A program made the translations under genes and the position numbers. Shown one piece after another: positions 59,007 to 64,000 of a stretch of DNA of 64,000 bases; position 1 is the stretch's first letter, and every line of letters starts with the position of its first letter. The notes beneath the pieces were generated by a model. That model did no database searches. It was not told where the DNA came from and saw nothing but the letters and a program-made list of their open reading frames with translations. Source of the stretch: Clostridia bacterium. GTDB lineage: Bacteria > Bacillota > Clostridia > Christensenellales > UBA1242. The stretch lies in contig CAAGAO010000016.1 of NCBI GenBank assembly GCA_900767835.1, positions 7,339 through 71,338 on the forward strand, given 5' to 3'.

Positions 59007-60038
59007 CTATCTTAGTTTTACCTTGTTTACTACCGAACGTTTTATATCGTCACTCATTGATGCATAGTGTTTTTTAGTAGTATTAACATCTTTATGTCCT
59101 AATACTTCAGCAACAACATATATATCATTGGTTTCTTGGTATAGGGTAGTTCCATATGTGCTACGAAGTTTATGCGGTGTTATTTTTTTTAAAGGTGAAG
59201 CAATACTACTATATTTTTTAACCAGTTTTTCAACCGCTCTCACGCATATTCGTTTTCTTTGTAAAGACAAAAACAATGCTTCTTCTTTGCTATTTTCGTC
59301 TAGCCAATATTTTCTTTCATTTATCCAATTAATTAAAGGTTCTTTAACTTCATCGCTAAAATATAATATAGTTTGATTTCCGCCTTTTCTAGTTATTTTA
59401 AAAGCATTATTTTCCAAATCTATATCTTTAACATTCAAACCTACGCACTCGCTCACACGAATGCCTGTTCCTAAAAATAAAGTTAAAAGAGCAGTGTCTC
59501 GTATTGTAGTCACCCTATTAAATGCCGTTTCACGTTGAGTTAATTCCGTTGGCTTTTCGCTTTCGTTTAAAAGTTTTACGACTTCATTTGGCTCGAGATG
59601 TATAATAGGTTTTGTATGGATTTTTGGTGTTTTTACCTTGGCAGATTCATTATGTGATAATTTATCATTGTTATATAGATATTTAAACAAAGCCCTTATT
59701 GATGATAGTTTTCTTGCCTTTGCGCTGTCATTATTTTGATAAGAAATGCCATCTTTAGTAAAATCGGAAATATAACTTAAAAACATTTCAAAATCACGAG
59801 ATTTTAGTTTTTCTAAATCATCTAAAGAAATAAATTTAATATCTTTAAACAAAATCTCAGTAGATAAATAATAAAAGAAAATGTTAATGTCTGATGCATA
59901 ATTTAACCTAGTTAGAATAGATGTAGATTGTTCAATACCTATAAAAAAATCAGTGCAGAAGTCTGGCAAACTTAAAACAATTTTCCTAAGTTTTTCATTA
60001 GATTTTTTATTTCTATCTTGAATGTAATTGTTACTCAT
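59007..60038 (-). CDS. Tyrosine site-specific recombinase (phage-integrase/Xer family)
   Basis: GTGIRVSEC (Arg I), HKLRSTYGT (HxxR), LGHKDVNTTKKHY (His/Tyr nucleophile). N-terminal SAM-like core-binding domain. Confidence 0.9.
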   Translation of the reverse strand: MSNNYIQDRNKKSNEKLRKIVLSLPDFCTDFFIGIEQSTSILTRLNYASDINIFFYYLSTEILFKDIKFISLDDLEKLKSRDFEMFLSYISDFTKDGISYQNNDSAKARKLSSIRALFKYLYNNDKLSHNESAKVKTPKIHTKPIIHLEPNEVVKLLNESEKPTELTQRETAFNRVTTIRDTALLTLFLGTGIRVSECVGLNVKDIDLENNAFKITRKGGNQTILYFSDEVKEPLINWINERKYWLDENSKEEALFLSLQRKRICVRAVEKLVKKYSSIASPLKKITPHKLRSTYGTTLYQETNDIYVVAEVLGHKDVNTTKKHYASMSDDIKRSVVNKVKLR

Positions 60039-60055
60039 ATTTTTATTATATATAT

Positions 60056-60067
60056 ATTTTGCGAATA
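60056..60067 (-). repeat. Motif copy A: TATTCGCAAAAT (read on the minus strand), 17 nt upstream of the recombinase ATG
   Basis: Plus strand ATTTTGCGAATA. 12/12 identical to the left arm of the palindrome at 61218-61229. Confidence 0.8.
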
Positions 60068-60241
60068 AATCAAGTTAATTATTTACAAATTAATAATAAA
60101 AGGAGATAGGAGATTTAGTCTCCAAAAGTACATAAAGAGTTTAGTGAAATAAAAGTGGCTTATTCATAATTTTATCTCATTTTTTCAAAACTTAGTTATT
60201 AATTGCTTTACAAAAAATAGTTATTTTATTATTATATTAAT

Positions 60242-61183
60242 ATGACAATTTTAAATTCAAATATTATTAAAGAGTTCGCAAAAAGTGTAGATAATAGTTC
60301 ATTTAACCAAGCATATAGTAAAGTTAACCAATATATAAATGATGCCTTATCAATTATTAAAAACCGAAACCCATATATAAACAATTACGACATATTTATA
60401 GCAAATGAAGCATTTTCTGACGCAGAGTTTTACGCATCGACATTAGACATATTTATTGTATTTAATGCCGTTCAAATTGAATTAAATCAAGAGAAAAATA
60501 AAGAAAATAAATTTATTAAATCAATTAAATATTTTTGGCAATCATTCCAAGATAATTTTTTTATATTTAGAAGTAAAAAGAGAAAAAATAATAAATATTT
60601 AAAAAAAGTTGAAAAAAAAGTAATGTTATTGGAAAAATATAATGTAACCACATTATACAACGACATACTCGTACAATTATCTAAACAAATGTATAACAAA
60701 ACAGAATTATATATAAATTCAAACAAAATTACCATTATTGGTGAAGAGGAATTTGGTCTGCCTATAAATATATACCCAGTATTTTATGTTGATGAGGAAA
60801 AGTTTAAATTATATAATATAAAGACGGATAAAAATATTATTATAGATTTTAAAGATAGATTTCAAAATGTTGAAATCAAAAATCTACAAACAAACGATAA
60901 TTATATTAATCAAATAAGAATTTTTAATAACATTTATTGGAATATTTTTAAACAAAAACCAAACCAAATTTTTATTGAATCTTTAATATTTAGTTGTCCA
61001 AATAATTTGTTTGTTAATGATGTCGTTGAAACAACAATAAATCTAGTAAATTATATAAAAAACAATACTATGCAAAATATAAAAAGCATATGCGATGAAA
61101 CTATAGATTTATTCAACGAACAATTAAACACAGTTGATTATCAATCAGCATTAAAATTTATAAACAAGATTGAAATCGCTTGA
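60242..61183 (+). CDS. Hypothetical 313-aa protein, possibly a degenerate nucleotidyltransferase (MNT/SMODS-like) fold
   Basis: The order of segments ...ASTLDIFIVF..., ...LPINIYPVF..., ...IFIESLIFSCP... mirrors NTase-fold strands and helices, but the GS and acidic triad are not conserved. Confidence 0.6.
   Translation: MTILNSNIIKEFAKSVDNSSFNQAYSKVNQYINDALSIIKNRNPYINNYDIFIANEAFSDAEFYASTLDIFIVFNAVQIELNQEKNKENKFIKSIKYFWQSFQDNFFIFRSKKRKNNKYLKKVEKKVMLLEKYNVTTLYNDILVQLSKQMYNKTELYINSNKITIIGEEEFGLPINIYPVFYVDEEKFKLYNIKTDKNIIIDFKDRFQNVEIKNLQTNDNYINQIRIFNNIYWNIFKQKPNQIFIESLIFSCPNNLFVNDVVETTINLVNYIKNNTMQNIKSICDETIDLFNEQLNTVDYQSALKFINKIEIA
60275..60284 (+). repeat. Motif copy B: TTCGCAAAAA inside codons 12-15 of the divergent ORF
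   Basis: Shares TTCGCAAAA plus nGTGT with the palindrome left arm and spacer (13 of 16 positions). Confidence 0.7.
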
Positions 61184-61184
61184 T

Positions 61185-61208
61185 AAATACGACTAATTTG
61201 TCGTATTT
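61185..61208 (+). terminator. Hairpin immediately after the ORF stop
   Basis: aaatacgac / gtcgtattt, 9-bp stem, weak T tail. Confidence 0.4.
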
Positions 61209-61214
61209 ATTGTT

Positions 61215-61248
61215 AACTATTCGCAAAATGTGTGTTTTGCGAATAGTT
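61215..61248. repeat. Perfect palindrome AACTATTCGCAAAA-TGTGTG-TTTTGCGAATAGTT (14-bp arms, 6-bp spacer)
   Basis: Read directly from the sequence. No T run follows, so it is not a typical terminator. Confidence 0.9.
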
Positions 61249-61287
61249 TGAAATGCTTCATTATTATTTTATTTTACTACTCTACTT

Positions 61288-61360
61288 AAAAAAAACCACC
61301 TTAAACATTAATTTGTTATCAACTTAAAAACAATTTTGTATTAAGGTGATTTTTATTTTT
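61288..61360. terminator. Bidirectional terminator (serves yunB on the minus strand)
   Basis: caccttaa / ttaaggtg stem flanked by an A run and a T run. Long AT-rich loop. Confidence 0.5.
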
Positions 61361-61404
61361 TACTAAGTTTTGTTTTATGTCTTAAATGTTAGATTGCTTA
61401 ATTT

Positions 61405-62076
61405 TTATGGTAATAAGTTTAGCATTTCATCAGTGTTTGATTTTAAATATGTTTGAGGTATTTCACCAACAATTATACTTTCTGATATCATTAATTGTGT
61501 TTCTGTCGTTACCACTTGATTTGCTGTTGGTAAAATTACACTAACTGATGATATTACCTTTAAAAATATCCTATGATTTGTTTGGTTTATTCCCGCCTCT
61601 GTAAATGTAGATTCAAATTTACAATTTATTGTCCCAATAGGTAACATTTTTATGTTTACAGTAGGTCCTCTACCTGTAAATATAGGCATTCCACTAAATG
61701 AGCCTATAGGTATATCTATTCCCGTTTCTCCCATTTGAGACAATGCGTTTTGTGCTTTATCAGATAACTCTAAAGCAAGCATATTAATCGTGGCTGAATT
61801 TGAACTTATGGTCACAATTTTTCCATTATTATCTCTAGTTATCATAACAAGCGTATCGTACACTACACTGCTGTTTATTACTTGTTTTACAGCATTCTCA
61901 ACTGCTCTTTGACTAAGCGAACGAACTTTTGCTGAACTAGTTGAGATGATTACTGGATTTACAACATAATTTAAATATAACAATAATAAAATCAACACAA
62001 AAAATAAAACGGCAAGGAATATTATTAACTTGCGTTTTACTCTTTTAAAAAATGGTATCTTTATTATTTGCTCCAT
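61405..62076 (-). CDS. yunB: Sporulation protein YunB
   Basis: N-terminal TM. GINQTNHRIFLKV...IVGEIPQTYL matches the conserved YunB C-terminus. Confidence 0.8.
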   Translation of the reverse strand: MEQIIKIPFFKRVKRKLIIFLAVLFFVLILLLLYLNYVVNPVIISTSSAKVRSLSQRAVENAVKQVINSSVVYDTLVMITRDNNGKIVTISSNSATINMLALELSDKAQNALSQMGETGIDIPIGSFSGMPIFTGRGPTVNIKMLPIGTINCKFESTFTEAGINQTNHRIFLKVISSVSVILPTANQVVTTETQLMISESIIVGEIPQTYLKSNTDEMLNLLP

Positions 62077-62175
62077 ATATTATATATATGAAAACTTTTC
62101 AGTTATATTTCATCAAATATTAGAGACTATTATGCTTAATAAAATATTTTTTGCAAACAAATGCAATCATTTGCT

Positions 62176-62547
62176 TTAAAACTTTTTAGTTCTTGCTTTA
62201 AATACGCTTCCAAATAAAAAACCAAATCCTATTGCTGCCGCAAGTCCCCCTGACACTGCTGCAAGTCCTCCTGTAAAAACACCTAATATGCCTTGTGTTT
62301 TAATTGCGTTAATCGCTCCCCTTGCAAGGCTTGCTCCAAAACCAACAATAGGTACATTTATTCCCGCTTTTGCAAATTCAGATAATGGTTCATATACACC
62401 TATACTAGCTAAAAATACTCCTATCATTTCAAATAACACTAAGATTCTTGCAGTCGTAATTTTTGTCGTAATAATAAGGATTTGTCCCAACATACATATC
62501 AAGCCACCAATACCAAATACAATAAAATATTCATACCAAGGCAACAT
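62176..62547 (-). CDS. spoVAE: Stage V sporulation protein AE (SpoVAEB-like)
   Basis: GGLICMLGQ, AGINVPIVGFGASLARG, ~120-aa membrane protein downstream of spoVAD. Confidence 0.85.
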   Translation of the reverse strand: MLPWYEYFIVFGIGGLICMLGQILIITTKITTARILVLFEMIGVFLASIGVYEPLSEFAKAGINVPIVGFGASLARGAINAIKTQGILGVFTGGLAAVSGGLAAAIGFGFLFGSVFKARTKKF

Positions 62548-62549
62548 AT

Positions 62550-63596
62550 TTATTCACTCTCCTTTTTTGATTGCTTTTTACTTGTTTTTTCTTCTTCACT
62601 TTCAATAACAACAGCATGTGCAATTCCTGGTATTGTATCTCCTTGCTGAGTTGATGTTGATGAAAGCAATGCCCCAGTTGCAACGAATAAAACTTTCTTA
62701 TAAACCTTTTGTTTGATTTTTTGCAAGATATATGAGTTCAGTACACTTGCCGAACAACCACAACCACTTCCACCCATTAAAACATTTTGCTTACCAGTGT
62801 AAATAATTTGCCCACAATCATTGTAGTTAGTACCTAGTTTATATCCATAATCTTCCATTAAATCTAAGAGAATCTCACTTCCAAGTTTTCCTAAATCACC
62901 AGTAACTATAAGGTCATAATCATTTGGATTCGAATTTGTATCTTTAAAGTGTGCAACCATACTTGAAGCACAACCGCAAGCCATTACCGCGCCCATGTTA
63001 TTTACATCAGCGATTCCAAAATCAGTCACTTTTCCAAATGTTGCACTTGTTATTACTGGTCCACTTCCCTTATTACTTATTATTGAACAACCAGCACCTG
63101 TAACTGTCCATTGTGATGTGGGAGGTCTTTGATTTCCTAATTCTAAAGGGTATCTAAATTGTCGTTCTGCAGTTGAAAAATGTGAAGCAGTTGCTACGGC
63201 TATTCTATCAAAATATCCAGCATTTACCATACTTGCACCAATAGCTAAACTTTCTGCCATTGTAGAACAAGCACCAAATAGTCCTACATATGGTATGTCA
63301 AATGCTCTTGCTGCAAATGATGAGGTAATAATTTGATTTAACAAATCGCCAGATATAAATAGTTGCAAGTCATTTGGAGTTATATTTGCATTACTTACTG
63401 CACCCATAACTGCTTGCTCGACCATTTTTCTTTCTGCTTTTTCATAAGTTTTTTCGCCAAACAAATCATCTTTCATAATGTAATCAAAATAGTTTTTTAA
63501 ACTACCCATACCTTCTTTTGGTCCAACTATTGAATAACTGCCTATAATATGTGGCTTTCTTTTAAAAAATATTGTTTGATGTGAATTGTCTTTCAT
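62550..63596 (-). CDS. spoVAD: Stage V sporulation protein AD (thiolase-fold)
   Basis: IIGSYSIVGPKEGMG, GACSTMAESL, GGSGCGCSA motifs. SD aggag upstream of ATG 63596. The track start at 63695 overlaps spoVAC. Confidence 0.92.
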   Translation of the reverse strand: MKDNSHQTIFFKRKPHIIGSYSIVGPKEGMGSLKNYFDYIMKDDLFGEKTYEKAERKMVEQAVMGAVSNANITPNDLQLFISGDLLNQIITSSFAARAFDIPYVGLFGACSTMAESLAIGASMVNAGYFDRIAVATASHFSTAERQFRYPLELGNQRPPTSQWTVTGAGCSIISNKGSGPVITSATFGKVTDFGIADVNNMGAVMACGCASSMVAHFKDTNSNPNDYDLIVTGDLGKLGSEILLDLMEDYGYKLGTNYNDCGQIIYTGKQNVLMGGSGCGCSASVLNSYILQKIKQKVYKKVLFVATGALLSSTSTQQGDTIPGIAHAVVIESEEEKTSKKQSKKESE

Positions 63597-63604
63597 TAAA
63601 ACTC

Positions 63605-64000
63605 CTAAACAAATAAATATATTAATCCAACTATAATGCTTGAAACCGTACCAAAAACAATTACTGGACCTGCTATTACAAACATTTTGGCACACATACC
63701 AAAAACTATACCTTCATTTCTAAATTCCATTGCTGGACTTGTTATAGAATTAGAAAAACCAGTTATTGGTACTATTGTCCCCGCTCCAGCATACACTGCA
63801 ATTTTATCAAACACTCCAAGCCCAGTTAAAAAAGATGCAATAAATATCAAGAAAATTAAAGTAAAAGACCATGCATTTTGCGTTGCCATAGTAGGTACTA
63901 ATGCAAGGAGCATATCATTAAACAATTGACCTATAACACAAATTAACCCACCTATCCAAAAGGCATTAAACAAACTTGGCCATGGGTGTGTCTTTGCTAT
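63605..64000 (-). CDS. spoVAC: Stage V sporulation protein AC (5' end beyond the window)
   Basis: GGLICVIGQ, GAGTIVPITGFSNS, IVFGT. The reading frame stays open to the window edge. Confidence 0.88.
   Translation of the reverse strand: MAKTHPWPSLFNAFWIGGLICVIGQLFNDMLLALVPTMATQNAWSFTLIFLIFIASFLTGLGVFDKIAVYAGAGTIVPITGFSNSITSPAMEFRNEGIVFGMCAKMFVIAGPVIVFGTVSSIIVGLIYLFV

Noticed and set aside
59007-61248. Integron-like reading (divergent recombinase, attI-like site, cassette ORF followed by a palindromic attC)
   Set aside because: The palindrome lacks the RYYYAAC/GTTRRRY core sites and the imperfect bulged structure of attC. The recombinase N-terminus looks Xer-like, and I could not identify the IntI-specific insertion. 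The layout analogy is noted under the main finding only.
1-64000. Search for tRNA, rRNA, transposase or prophage genes
   Set aside because: There are no T-loop/anticodon-arm-like segments in the intergenic regions, no rRNA-like conserved blocks, and no DDE or serine recombinase ORFs. The single tyrosine recombinase has no recognisable phage genes around it.

Overview
This is mostly core chromosome from a very AT-rich, endospore-forming Firmicute, Clostridia-like judging by gene content and order. No rRNA, tRNA, CRISPR array or transposase was seen.

The recognisable genes, in order:
- Cell division and Fe-S: ftsA-ftsZ, nifS-nifU.
- Sporulation: spoIVFB-like protease, SipW-type peptidase, spoIVA.
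- A glpK-led four-gene lipid/glycerol cluster, then rnhA.
- plsX-rnc-smc-ftsY, then rpsO-pnp-ylxY.
- ftsK/spoIIIE-rimO-pgsA-cinA-like-recA, and a class A PBP.
- miaB-mutS-mutL-miaA-ynbB, then lexA.
- pheST behind a Phe T-box.
- nifZ-thiI, rny, a Nudix hydrolase and an SDR.
- yunB and spoVAC-AD-AE at the right edge.

Four stretches have no recognisable function or look accessory:
- 6.2-9.1 kb: three small, mostly membrane proteins plus an enlarged SipW-like peptidase.
- 21.6-22.4 kb: a lone lipoprotein gene.
- 44.9-46.8 kb: a PadR regulator fused to a membrane domain.
- 58.2-61.3 kb: a tyrosine recombinase divergent from a degenerate nucleotidyltransferase-like ORF.

The strongest candidate for something undescribed is at 60.05-61.25 kb. 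A GC-containing 9-12 nt motif (TATTCGCAAAAT) clusters there. It sits in the recombinase promoter, in the 5' end of the neighbouring ORF, and as a perfect palindrome with 14-bp arms and a 6-bp spacer after that ORF. This geometry fits recombinase core sites of an invertible or excisable element.

Other notable points:
- A frameshifted RluA-family gene.
- A NifU-like protein lacking two of the three cluster-ligand cysteines.
- A MiaB without a TRAM domain.
- A degenerate CinA.
- A glpK / SCP2-like / Fe-ADH / YhhN operon.

All calls come from reading motifs by eye. No database search was run.
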